The notes under the pieces are model-generated. The model saw only the letters and a program-made list of their open reading frames with translations, searched no databases and was not told the DNA's origin. Positions 36,255 through 48,807 of a stretch of DNA of 64,000 bases are shown here, one piece after another; the stretch's first letter is position 1, and every line of letters begins with the position of its first letter. The position numbers and the translations under genes were made by a program. Source of the DNA: Monocercomonoides exilis PA203 (Eukaryota; Protista; Preaxostyla); NCBI GenBank assembly GCA_001643675.2, contig LSRY02000007.1, positions 992,001 through 1,056,000 on the forward strand. Reading direction: 5' to 3'.

Positions 36255-36329
36255 GATCAGTCGGTCGAATTGATCAGCCTGTCATATAGATCAGTCTGTC
36301 AATCTGATCAATCTGTCGAATAGATCAAC
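36255..36329 (+). repeat. 17-bp subterminal tandem repeat (GATCAGTCTGTC...), ~4.4 copies
   Basis: Units at 36255, 36272, 36289 and 36306, plus a partial unit at 36323, immediately upstream of the transposase frame. Confidence 0.9.
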
Positions 36330-36352
36330 TTTTATTTCAGAAAGCTGATATC

Positions 36353-39300
36353 ATGGAAGTTTCAAATAACTATGATTTCATAAGTTTTTCCTCTTGAATA
36401 ACAAAATTGCGTTAAGACAAAAGAACTTGTTTGAAAATATAGTTTTATTTTTAACAAAAATAAATTGTTTTGATTTCTTTTTTTTTTCGAAGAGCGATGC
36501 ATTGAGAAAAAAAATAGAAGAGTTGAAAAGAAGTGATTGTTCATTTGTCAAGTTGGAATATTCGAAAACCACTAATTTCGGAAAATGTTTGATTTTTTCG
36601 AGTTTTGATCAAAAATTGCATTATTTCATTTGTTTTGATTATAATCAAGTTTACAGGCATTTTAATAACACTGGAGAAGACAAAGAAAAAGTTCACTTTG
36701 AAATTCAAAAAAAAAAATCAGTTTGGATAGTTTTCACGCCTGTGAAAAATGATGGATCGTTAAAAGAAGGATGGTCACATATACTATTTATGTCCTGACA
36801 GCAAGTGAGGAGTTGATTGCGGGAAATGTGGAAGGAAAGGAAGCGAAAGGATATGCAATCATCAATGTTCTCTATTGTATAATTCTTGTATCGTTCAATA
36901 TTTAAAACCACCATGTTCTTCAAGCCATCAAACAAATTTTGCAACAAAGAAAATCGTACCTTATCATTTTCAATATGATTCTTTAATTAATCTTTTTTTG
37001 AAGCTAATCAATCATTGAAATATAGCTTTCTTGTCTACTTTTTCATCGGAATAAAATACTTTCATTTCAACATTAATACAGATCTCACAACAAAGTCCTT
37101 CTTTGTCAACAGAGTCCATTTTTCCACGGTTGAATCACAGAAAACTCTCTTCAATTATTCATGATGAAGTGAACAAAATAATCGCTGAAAGGAAAAAAAT
37201 AATCCATAATTCTATGGTTGGAGTTATGATTGATGGAGTAATTATTGCAAGCAAAAAGAACACAGTTTTAACAGTTGTCCCATTGAAGGAATTTGCAAAA
37301 CCATTTTTTGGAGGATAAATGAAGCTTTCAACACTTCATCAGACTATTTGAAGCTCATCGCACAGATTTTAACGGAAATCAGAGATCTTCATGGAGAAGT
37401 GCGATGCTTATGCACGGATGGTTTGCTTCCTCAACGGAAAGCAATTGAAAGTTTGAGTGAAGAAAATATTTCTGAAACGTCTTTATCGATATGCACAGGA
37501 ACTTCTCCAATATTTGTGTATTGTTGCAATCATCTGCTTAATTTAGTGGTAAGTCATTTTTACAGAAAAAATGAATTCTTTCAAAAATTGAGAGATTCAA
37601 TAATTTCTCATTACAAACAAGTGAAAGTCCTTTCTCGAAGAATTCCTTCTATTCCGAAGTGCCCAACATTTGTGGAAACAAGATGGCTTTGTCTTAATGA
37701 CATTCGTTGTTTCATTAAAAAACGTAATTATAATGATTGTTTTTTACTGAATTGAAGGAATTATTTTTTTTTAATGATGTGATCAAAAATGAACTTCTTT
37801 TATTTCCTCTCAAAGAACTTCAGTTGTTCTTTGAAAAGGAAGAAACCAAGTTAGGTGATATTTTCCCTGAGATATTAAAGGCAATAGCACGGTTCATTTG
37901 GATGCAGGAGATGGCAGAATTTTCCGATGAAAACTGGTGATCTGGTATATGTCAAATAATAATTTTTTCATTAAATTTTTTCTTGGCAGGAAATCGAGGG
38001 AATATTATTTCTTTGCCTTCTTTTTGACACCAACAGGAACAAATCCTTATCAAGCAGGATCATTTTCCGAAACATTCTGCTCAGAATTGTGAAGGTTAAA
38101 AGAAGGATATAAACAGGCTTTTTCAGTGGAAACTGCTTGTTCGATTTCCAAACACGTTGATTCAAATAATGCATTACAACATACTGATATGAATATTACG
38201 AACAGAGCAGATTCATCAAAATCCCAGGGTAGCAAATACTTATTGCAGTCAATTTCACCGTCATTTTCGTCATTTAACTCCAGTGCAATTTCTTCTTCAT
38301 CATCTTCTTCCTCTTTTTCTACCTCTTCCTCTCCTTCCTCTCCTTCCACTCATCAAATAATCAAACAAATCTGGAAACAGCGAAATTCCCATCTAACTTC
38401 TCCTTCCACTTGCACAACTTCATATCAACTTTCACATCGCAATGAGGTATCATCTGTTCAACCTTTTGAACTGCCTTCCTTTCCTTCCATTCCATTAAAA
38501 CAATCAACTTCTTCTCCTTCTTGTTTGAACTTGATTTCTTTTGAAAATGAAATGGAAACTGTTCATAGAAAAATCTGCAAGATGATAAGAATAGACAAGC
38601 AAAATGAATTTTCAAATGAAACTTCAAAGCTAAAAACTGTAAAAGATTTGTTCATTGGAAATGATTTATCTTTTCGAAAAATTATGTTTGATGTTCCATC
38701 TTCAATGACGTGTGAATTGAACCCCTTCACAACCGACGCATTTAATTCCACTCTTCGTTCGTTGAATCCTGAACCTTGCGAAAATAAAAAGCAAACTTCA
38801 TCGTCTCAAAAGGAAATCAATTCATCTTCTTATATAGCAATCACTGTTCAAAAGATGGATATCGAGAATCCAGATGACACGCACGTTATTCAATTACACA
38901 AAATAATAACAGAAAAGTCTCCGTTAAAAATAAATGAATTTTTTTAAATGGTTCAAGAAGGAATTGATGAGGAAGATATGGATATTTTTGGATTATCACA
39001 AGCTGAAAGAGATTCTGAAGAAGACGAATTTCCTGACACTTTTGATTCGCCTTTATCTTTGCAGAAAGAGACCTATGTATATTTCACAAGAAAAGAAAGT
39101 GAAAAAGAAATCAATGAAATGAGGAGCAAAGTTAGAAGCGAAGTTGCTGATAGCAATGATGATGACGAATCCTCAGACAATTCTGAAAATGACGATGATC
39201 TTCGATTTATTGGCTCAAGTGAATTTATTGAATTTGGAAAACTGAAAAATATGGATCAGAAACAAATTACAAATAGTAGCATTATCGAAACAATAAAGAT

Positions 39301-39640
39301 GGATTGGTTTATAAGAATGAAAAGTGGATTTCATCAAGATGTGTCAAATGTTCTTTCTATCCAAAACAAAGAAGTTAGGGAACATGTGGAAGCTTTGTAT
39401 TCTTCTTTTATTTTTGACTGTCATCAGTCTGTTGCGCTTGATAATTGTTTCGTTTCATTCTCTGAAATTAGAAAACTTGATCATTTTCACTCAATTTTTT
39501 CAAACATTTGTTTCGCTTTTATAACTTTCCCCTGTAGCGAGACTTCTTGCGGTCGACTATTTTCAAGGCTTCGTCGTATCGAAGGGGATAGAAGACACTA
39601 ACTTTCATTGGAAATGCTGAATTCTTTGCTTCTTCTTTGA
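36353..39640 (+). pseudogene. hAT-superfamily DDE transposase, disrupted
   Basis: Motifs in order: GVMIDG, CLCTDG, CCNHLLNL (CxxH), ETRW, xLTPTG and ITFPCSETSCGRLFSRL (the usual ERxFS reads GRLFS). Multiple frameshifts and in-frame stops, e.g. TGA 37938-40, TAA 38945-47, TAA 39599-601. The start is approximate. Confidence 0.88.
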
Positions 39641-40242
39641 AAGTTTTCATTATTTCATTTTATTACATAAATTGAAAACAATTGATTAATTTGTTTTATT
39701 ATAATATTTCAGTTTTCAAACACTGATAATTATTTATGCTTAAATTATCTAAAAGATAATATTCTGAACTTCAATTGAAATAATGACAAAAAATAATTGA
39801 TTGTTGACTCTTGGAAACAAGCTGCAATTTTCCTCAAATCGTTAATAAGAAAAAAACGAAAAAACAAGTTATTTCTTCATTCTCTTTTTAATGTGACTTT
39901 ATATTTGATTTTCATCGATGGCAACAATTATTCGTTGAAAAATTAGAAGTTGGTTGTAATTAAAATGTCATTTCAATCCTGAATAAATCAATCTTAATTT
40001 TGATTGATAGATAAATACATTTGAAACTGCATTTCAAAACTGAAATATCACAAAATCATCACTAAAAAGTTCTCGTTTACACTTAACAAGATTCAAATAA
40101 GATAATATGTGTTTTTCATTTATTTTGCCTCCTTTTTTTAAGTTTCAACTTCTTCTCAATTTTTTCATCTCCTCCGTTCAAAACTCATTGCTGTCTAAAA
40201 TATAAAATAGATCCCTCTCGAATCGTTTTACACTCATCTTTC

Positions 40243-41570
40243 TTAATTGACTTCTTTCTCTTTCATTCTTCTTCCATCATTTTCACAAATTGCATCTGAC
40301 ATCGTTATCGTCGCAGCGCCTGTTGGAAAACGTTGAATAAACTTTCTCTTCAGAGTCGTCTGCGATGGTCTTTCTGAGGGATCACCTGACAGACACACAT
40401 TCACCACATTCTTTGAGTGTTTTCTTCTGGATTGCTTCCAAGTTTGACCTCTCTCCATTCACAATCTTCTGCCCGGCCACATCTGCCTCGTACTCCCCAA
40501 ACGGAACATCCAGCGTCAGACACTCCCACAGCATCATCCCAATCGAGAATGAAACTGACTCCTTTGTTGCTCCCATCTTCTTCTTCATCTGCAGCTCAGG
40601 CGCCTTCCACCTCAAACACTCCTTCCTGTTGTCATCCTCATCCTCAAAGGCTGATGAAGGTGGAGGCGAACCTCGACCATTCCTGTTGGCAGTTGAGAAG
40701 TCAGAGGAAGATGTGATGATGGTGGAGGCGGAGGAGATGGATGAGGAATCTGAATCATCTGAAGAGAAATCTGAATAGAGGGCGATGCAGATGACCATGT
40801 GCTCGGAGAACAGCACGATATGAGGACTCAGATTGGTGAGGGAAGAATGTGGAACATCACATTCATCAAAGGAGTGGAATGCAAGATTAGGAACCCAGAA
40901 CAGGATCTGAGCAGCTGTTTGTTTTCTTTCCTTTAATGAACCAATTTCCATCTCCTCCTTCTCATTTCTTCCATGCAGCAGCATGAACAGAGAATCCCTC
41001 AGATCCACAATCAACTTCTTATGTGGAGATGAATAGATCATTGCATCCACAAGATTCGACATTGAAGAAGTGGTTGGGAACAGATTCTCTCCTCGAACAA
41101 ATGTGGAATCTGAATCTGTTGCTGAAGTTGATGAAATTGATGGCGATGGAGATCTCTTTCTTATCTTTTCCTCTACCTCATCTTTCTCCAGCATCCATTC
41201 TGGAATCTTGTCTGAGTCTCTTCCAAGGACGTATTCAGTGGAGCCACTCTCAGATAGAAGATACTCGGATGACTCAGAATGTTGCATGTTCGTATTATAC
41301 ACCATCTTCTTTATCCTCTCTTCATTCTTCTCCTCAGCCTCTCTTTCTGCTCTCCTCCACTGCTCCTCTTGAGACATCTCCATCTTCACAATCTCAAACG
41401 CCTTCAAATCTTTTCTTACGTTGTCATTCACAATCTCTTCCTGTTTTTCTGAATTCCTCCATCCGATTTAAAAACGAGTTTGAAACAATAAAATAATAGA
41501 TACAATCAATGTTTATTACCATTTTCATCTTTCACAACTCCAACATTTGTTTTCAAGTTTGTGATTCTTG
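40243..41570 (-). pseudogene. Fragment of a receptor-type pseudokinase: degenerate TM segment, juxtamembrane region and kinase C-lobe
   Basis: LRWKAPE (subdomain VIII), SFSIGMMLWECLTLDVPF (IX) and CLSGDPSERPS (XI, reached by frameshift). The catalytic loop reads SLTNLSPHI. No Gly-rich loop or VAxK motif. Confidence 0.75.
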
Positions 41571-41572
41571 CT

Positions 41573-41738
41573 AAAAAAAAGAAAGAAAAGAAAAGAATAA
41601 AGAAAAAGAAAAAAAAGAAAGAAAAGAAAAGAAAAAAGAAAAAGAAAAAAAAGAAAGAAAAAGGAAAAGAAAGAAAAAGAAAAGAAAAGAAAAGAAAAGA
41701 AAGAAAGAAAGAAAGAAAGAAAAAGAAGAAAAAAAAAG
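41573..41738. repeat. Pure purine (A/G) tract
   Basis: Read directly. On the minus strand it is a polypyrimidine tract ending in TAG at 41571, which resembles a splice acceptor. Confidence 0.85.
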
Positions 41739-43249
41739 CTACCAATCGGACAAAACGCTTATTAAATCATTTCTTTTGATGAATGTTTCTTTTCTTTGTA
41801 ATAAAAAGCATCAATAATAAACAAAGAAAAAAACGTTCCAAAAAACAAATATTTGAAAAGTTATCTTCAATTTAAACTTCTGAATGTCAAAAGTTCGATT
41901 GCAAGGTTCCAATTGATTGCTGTTTTTATAACCAATTCTATTGTTGAAATTGACGTTTTTATATATTTTCTGATTCTGTGTGTTGTTTAAAAAGAATAAG
42001 AACAATTAAATATCATCATCAAATAAAAATTATCTTGGATAATAAAAAAATTGCTTCAAACCTGTTTTGAACAATGTGTTTTTTAAAAAACAAATATTTT
42101 TGAATCTCTTTATTGATTGCTTTTTATTTATGTCTTATATGCTGAAATTGCATATCAAGCAATAACATCAAAATTGTGAAACAAGAGATAATGAAGTAAA
42201 TGCATATGTATAAACAATATCGTTTCATTAATTAACAATAAAAAAGAAAATATACAAAGATAAGAGTGCAAAATTTTAAATGAAACTTTTCTTTCATGGA
42301 AAGTGAACTCGTTTTCTTATATAGGGCATCAAAACAAAGCTAACAAATCGGATCATCAACGAATGTATTTCGATCAGATGAATTATAAATTTTTTCGATT
42401 ATTTTTTGTTCCACTTTTATTAGAATCAAAAATTAATACCAATTAATTGTTCGAAATTCATAAAATTGAGAAAGTCTGCAATGAAAACGATGATTGCACA
42501 CTTTTTGGGATAAGAATTGATAAATTTTGCAATTCGATAACGAAAGACTTATTCGACCGACACAATAATTTAAAAAATGAGTTGTCGCAACTGCCTTGTT
42601 TAACACTTCATTTTTTTATCACTTTTTCCATTTCACAAAATTTCGATAAATTGAAAAATGATTTTGAATAAATATGTTTTTTCATTAATTAAAAAGGATA
42701 AATATATTAATTAGCAATAAATAAAGAAATGCAAAAGGAAGAAAAACTTTATATTTTAATGATCGTGATTATAATACCGAAACACTTATTTTTGCGTTTT
42801 TTCACTTCCTTTGCTTCAAATCATATTGTTTTATTTCAAAATTTTTGTGTTGATTATTTCAATCCTTTTTTCAACTGTTTTTGAACATCAAAAAACAAAG
42901 CAACTCAAAAATCACTTCAAAATATTCCGTTTGGGGGAAAATATGAATTTTCAAGCTTTTTATGCACAAAGAACAAAAAAATTGTTTCATTCATAACTTT
43001 TCTTAACTTTGTCAGATTTCAAAATAAATAAGATTCTTATATCCATAAACTGATATCATTGATACTGCAACACAATGTTTTGTGTCATCACAAATATTTC
43101 AATATGGAAAGAAACTTTGCTTGGATTTTTTAATCAAAATTTGAAAAAAAAATATACATAATTTTTAAATGAAAAAGCTTGAAGTTACATATGTCCCCCC
43201 ATTTGTCGAAATATCGAGAAATGAAAAGAATAACAAAATATCAAAGTGT

Positions 43250-43545
43250 TTAACAATGAAAAATAACCAAAATTGTGAAGAAGTTATGTTCAATAACAAT
43301 AACAACACTTAAAAATCTCAAAACAAAAGGCTCGTTGAAATATGAGCAAGTCTTTGATCAGAAAAATAAAACAAAAAACACCAGATCTTTTAACAAAAAT
43401 TAAAAAATTAAAAAATATTTTCTGGAATAGCTTTTTATAATATAATAAAAATTTTCTATTATTTATTTTTTTTAAAAGTGCTCTGGAGAGCCAGAAATTT
43501 TAGGTCCCGATTAATTTTTTGGGCACCGATAAATTATTGACCCCA
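43250..43545 (-). repeat. Right arm of 296-bp inverted repeat
   Basis: Reverse complement of 35746..36041. Confidence 0.97.
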
Positions 43546-44369
43546 AATGGAAATATCTTCACAGCATGCAGAACAATTTAAATTTCATATAGAAAGTCTT
43601 TTATGTTATTGATGAAATTGTTGCATTTCATTTGCCATCAAATTTCCGAAAAATAATCAGATAGAAATCCAAAATAGAAAAATTTTCATCATTTTCTGTT
43701 GTTTCCACAAGAAAAAATATTTCTTATTTTGCATGGCATTTTCACTCACCAATCTCTCATTTTTCCAATAGATTACACCAAAAATATTTCTATTTCGAAA
43801 AAAAAATTATTCGAAATCAGAAAACTTTAATTCGATATCGAAAATATTTAGTAAAACATCGAAAATTCTTTGTCATCTGAAAAAATTTGAAAAAATTTTT
43901 AAAATTCATGCTTATGTCAGTTTCTTTTATTTCGAAGCACGATCTGAGAAATTTGTCAATTTCAATTAGAAAAATATTTTTAGATATTTTTTTGGTGTGT
44001 GATTGTGTGAAATAGTGGAAAAAGGATAAAACTGAATTATAATAAAACTCTTCACATGTATTCAGGTGATTATTAGGAATTTGAGCAAAGAAAAAAGTGA
44101 TAAGACAGTTCATGATCTTGTTTTGTGCACAAAAAGACAGAAATTTATTTCATTTATTGAAAACGAAATGATTAGAATTTCATTTATTGCATTGGAAACG
44201 GATAATATAAACCATTTTCAATCTTCAAAATGAAAAAAGAATCGATTGATATCAGTCGTTATCATAGAAAACAGTCGTTTAAAACGAAAGAAAAGTATTT
44301 CCAATGAATGAACATTTGTTGCTATCAACATTTGTTTCAAAAAAATATTCTTGGTTTTGACTTTATTTG

Positions 44370-44651
44370 AAATTCTGAATTAATAAACTTCTTTTTCGAT
44401 TTTGAATTAAACTTTTTCGATGTTGAATAATTTATGGTGTAAATTACGAATTTGAATTATTAATTCCGAATTCGAATTCAGAATTAATAATTCAAATTCG
44501 TAATTTTTTAATTCGATTTCGAAAAAGAATAATTCGATTTCGAAAACTAAAAATTCATTTTCGAAATTCATTTTTAACTGAAAATTATAATTTTTTTTGG
44601 ATGGATTTGGGAAAATGGAAAGTTAATTTTTAACCAGTCATATATTAAACT

Positions 44652-44702
<51 letters not shown>

Positions 44703-45300
44703 GTTTTTCAAATTTGAAATAATTAATAAATCAATTTATTGAAAAAAGTTTTTTTTCCAAAAATCATCACTCTGATGATAAGTTAATTGCAAATAATTCA
44801 TTATTTTGAATAATCTGACAAATAATAGTGATTTTTCAATCACATTTATTGAATTTCGAAATACAGAAATATTTTGCCAATGATTTATTTTTTTGTTTCT
44901 TTGGTGAAATCTTAGAAAAAACTTCGATTTTTTAGAAATGAAAATGAATTCATTTTCTTTTCAAATTAACTTCAAATTATGATATTTTCAATCAAAATGA
45001 ATGAAAAAAAATTTTTTTGGAAATGCATTATTTTTTAAATATTTAAGAACAAAGTGTGCTCACGAGATAAAAATAAAGAGTATTTTGACAGCAAAACGCA
45101 AGTTAACAATCCACAAATCAAAAAAATTGTCGTTTCGAAATAGAATTATTCCCTTTCGAAATCGAATTAATAAATTACGAATTTGAATTATTAATTCTGA
45201 ATTCGAATTATTAATTTCCGATTTTGAATGATTAATTACGAAATTGAATTATTTTTTACGAATATGAATTAATATTTTTCGAAATAGAATAATTTTTTGA
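44370..45300. repeat. Foldback-like locus: two blocks of degenerate 20-21-bp TTCGAAATCGAATTATTAAT-type units, a 66-bp palindrome and an A48 run
   Basis: Palindrome 44441..44506 has one mismatch and no loop. 44469..44545 is inverted at 45133..45209 (73/77). Poly-A at 44653..44700. Confidence 0.85.
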
Positions 45301-45545
45301 GTTTCATCTGCAAATAATACTTTTCGATCAAATATTCCATTACAACAAACCTGAAAAGATAAAGCATCGTTTTTTCTGTGCATTACCTTGCTAAATGTCA
45401 ATACTCAGTTCGATGGTGTGAGAGCTTATGTTTTCATGACTGCTTTGTGCATTTATTTTTTGTTTATTTTTTCTATCCAAAAATATACGAATTCAATGCA
45501 AATGACGATATTTTGTAGTTTTCTAGCTTCGATGCATTTTCACAA

Positions 45546-46960
45546 ATGTTGGAGACAGATAACACAAAAAAGTTCAACGGTTTATATTGTTTTTTTGATT
45601 AAAATTCTTTGTGATCCGTTCATTTTCTTTATTTTTATAAAAGAATTGTATATTGAACTGAAACAATGCGATATGAATGCACAGAAACAGAAAATCGAAG
45701 AAATGAATGAAGTGATCAACAAAATGGATAAAAAAGAATTTGAAGCAGTTTTTACCAATGAACTGTTAAATAGGATTGACACAATAATTGATATCAAGAA
45801 ATTGACTTTGGCCAATGCCTTAATGCTGATGAAGTCCATTGGATATTGCGGAACTTTGAAAAATATGCACGATTGTTGCATTGATAAATCTTGGCTGAAA
45901 CAAAGATTTCAAAAGACGATTATCATTGAAGAAAAAAAGAAAGAAGAAATGAATGAAAGTCTTCTTATTGATCTTTGTGAATGCTATCTTTTGCTTAGCA
46001 ACCGGTTCGATATGAAATTACTTTCAATTTGTGTGCAACATCTTATGAAAGTTGCATCAAACAAAGAGAAAAACGAGGAAACACGAAAAGAAGTGGAAAT
46101 GGCATTATTGGCTTTGAGTTGCATTGGGAAATTTGACGTATGAACTTTTCTTTAAATTTTGTAATTAAAGATTTTTTAACTTTCTTATTTTTAATTAGAA
46201 AGTACCAAAAGAACTGTATTTGAATGAAATCAAAGAAATTATCAAATATCATCAGGAACATCGTAATTTAACGCAACTTGCATATCAGTCCGCTTGGGTT
46301 TTTTTGATGGAAAGATTTGGCAACGATAAAAATTTGGATGGTGCTGTTGCGGATGAACTGTGCTTCGCAAGAGATGCAGCAAGGGAATTGGAAGAGCTGA
46401 AAGAATGTATTGATTGGAAGAGAAAAGAAGAAGAAGAAAAAGAAAAAGAAGTGAAAGAAGTGCTTATAATCGGGAGATGGTTCGATGTTATTAGAAAGTA
46501 CTTATTCTACGGCAAATTGTATAATGAAAGTATTACTGGGCTTATCGGCAGCATTATTCAAGTGTTTCGAGCAGCAAAGGATAATCACAGAAAAATTAGC
46601 GACTGGTGCATTTCTTTTCTGAAAGAAGCTACAATAAGCAGATCTGTGCGAACCGTCGATTTGTTAGAGAGTGAAGTGGTTATTGTGTTTTTAGCGGAAA
46701 TTCTGCAAGCAACAACACAGAAACACAAGATTTTGGATTATTTAATATTTTTAGAATTTATTTGTCGAAGGTTGAAAGGAAAGAAGATGGATGAAGTTGA
46801 AGAAGTGAAAAGAAAAGAGTTGAAAAGAAAGATATTCGATCAACTGGAAGAAGAAGGATACGAAGATCATATTGTCGGATTACTGCTAATTTTTGCCAAG
46901 AAGATGCTTGGATATGATGATTTGATTAAAGACGATGAAACCTATTTTGTGCATCTGTAA
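45546..46960 (+). CDS. Member of a lineage-specific helical (ARM/HEAT-like) orphan family, three exons
   Basis: MLETDNTKKFNELYIELKQCD...QKQKIEEMNE...EVEMALLALSCI...LTQLAYQSAW...LEEEGYED. Introns 45580..45643 and 46138..46198 join the frames. The fold call is inference. Confidence 0.7.
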
Positions 46961-47242
46961 AGCTAACTCTTTTTTTGATTTCGTTCCTTCCGTCATGCTC
47001 TCAGAAAAGTTGAGGAAGAGGAGTGGAACGGAACGGAATGAAATTCAAAAAGAGATTTAGAAGAGGCAGATGACAGAAAACGAACAAATGAAAGAAAATG
47101 AGAAAAGAAGAGGAGAGAATAAATTTTGTTTATAACCGACATTTATGGTTGGAAATGACACATTCTCAATACAAATTGTGCATTCTTCATTCATTTCAGT
47201 TCATCTTCTTATTGTCGTCTTCTGTTTTTGTTTCGACATCAA

Positions 47243-47473
<231 letters not shown>

Positions 47474-48571
47474 TTTTCACTTTCATAGCATCAATCAATA
47501 TTTCATCAATAAATCCATCTTCTTTTCATTCTGTTTGTCTGCTTGTGATGTCACACTTTCTATTGCATCCCAGCTAATCTGAATGTGTTTTGAAGAACCC
47601 TTCACAACCTCACATCAGATGCTGCATCACAACAATATTTACTGCCACATATCTTTCTCTTCTTCATTCTTTTCGTCTTCATCTTCTTCTTCATCTTATT
47701 CGTAATTCACTTTTTAAGTTGTATCAAAAAAGATGACATGGCGCTCATCAGATAGAGTGATGTTCTGTTCCTTTCAGGCAAAAGAAGCTACACAAGTGAA
47801 AACGTATCGAAACAAGATTTATCTGAATTACACACGCAAACAACAACAAATAAAATAAAAGAGAGAAAGGATGAAAGAAGAAGAGAGAAAATCTGTTTTC
47901 TTTTGAAGAGTCTGATGCATTCCATTTTTGGAGGAATGCTTCAGTCTCAAAACGATGAATCTTTTGAAGAGAGCTTTTCCTTTTATTCACCATTCAGGAG
48001 CAAACAGATTATGAAGACTAGAAAAGCAAAGAAGCGACTTTTAATTCCATGCTCAACTGAATTGGCAGGAAACATTGTGGAAATGCATCAACTGAAGATT
48101 TTTCTACATCAGTATCACTTCATCTGGTTGATTTTCAGTTGCAACAGAAACATTGCCATTTCAGTTGACGTTTCCAATGTTAATACTTGGAAATGCAAAA
48201 TGTTGTGTATTTTATGCCATTAATGTTGGTGAAGCTTCTTTTGGTGAATCTTCTGCAGGAAGAACAGCCATCTTCCATCCACTTGACTTCACATCACCAT
48301 AAGACGCATCAACAAGGCGAGGTCTTTTTTTCTCACTGTCTTCTCACCTTCTTCTTCATATTTTTGAGTCAGCTGCATTTTTAAGTTATTTTTTTGGATT
48401 CGTCATCTTCCTCTTTGGTAAACAGCTTAAGTGTGATTTGAGAAAATTCAATAAAAATCTATTCTTTGGGGCGTTATTCGATTGAATTTTACTTTTGAAG
48501 CCACTTTTTGGAAATCGTTAATGGCTACTATCTAAACCCAGATGAATGAAACAAGGGAGGATTTCAATAAA

Positions 48572-48572
<1 letters not shown>

Positions 48573-48624
<52 letters not shown>

Positions 48625-48807
48625 AATAAAAATAAAAAAAAAATAAAAATAAAAATAAAAATAAAATAAAATAAAATAAAATAAAATAAAAATAAAATAA
48701 AAATAAAAATAAAATAAAATAAAATAAAATAAAATAAAATAAAATAAAGAAAGAGAAGAAAAAGAAAAAGAAAAAGAAAAAGAAAAAGAAAAAGAAAAGA
48801 AAAAAAG
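48573..48807. repeat. Compound poly-A / (AAAAT)n / (AAAAAG)n tract
   Basis: Read directly from the sequence. Confidence 0.95.

Larger units (their letters stand above)
35746..43545 (+). mobile_element. Composite DNA-transposon-like unit: 296-bp inverted repeats enclosing a hAT transposase pseudogene and a kinase-like gene fragment
   Basis: The inverted repeats were compared base by base. The left end begins TAGGGTCA. hAT motifs lie inside. No target-site duplication was found. Confidence 0.75.

Noticed and set aside
36255-36329. CRISPR-like array
   Set aside because: Directly abutting 17-bp degenerate units with no unique spacers, no cas genes and a eukaryotic context.
36353-39640. Non-standard genetic code (TAA/TAG=Gln, as in some oxymonads) or readthrough explaining the transposase stops
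   Set aside because: Intact genes here end in TAA, TAG or TGA and long ORFs lack internal TAR. The transposase also has TGA stops, frameshifts and a Gly at the catalytic Glu. Some homopolymer frameshifts could be sequencing error, but not all lesions.
35736-43555. Target-site duplication flanking the inverted-repeat unit
   Set aside because: Left flank ...TCAAGTTA and right flank AATGGAAA... do not match, nor do the neighbouring end registers tried.
44653-44700. Poly-A runs (also at 48573 and poly-T at 30533) as retroelement tails
   Set aside because: No reverse transcriptase remnant, Pol III boxes or TSDs; long homopolymers are common throughout the window.
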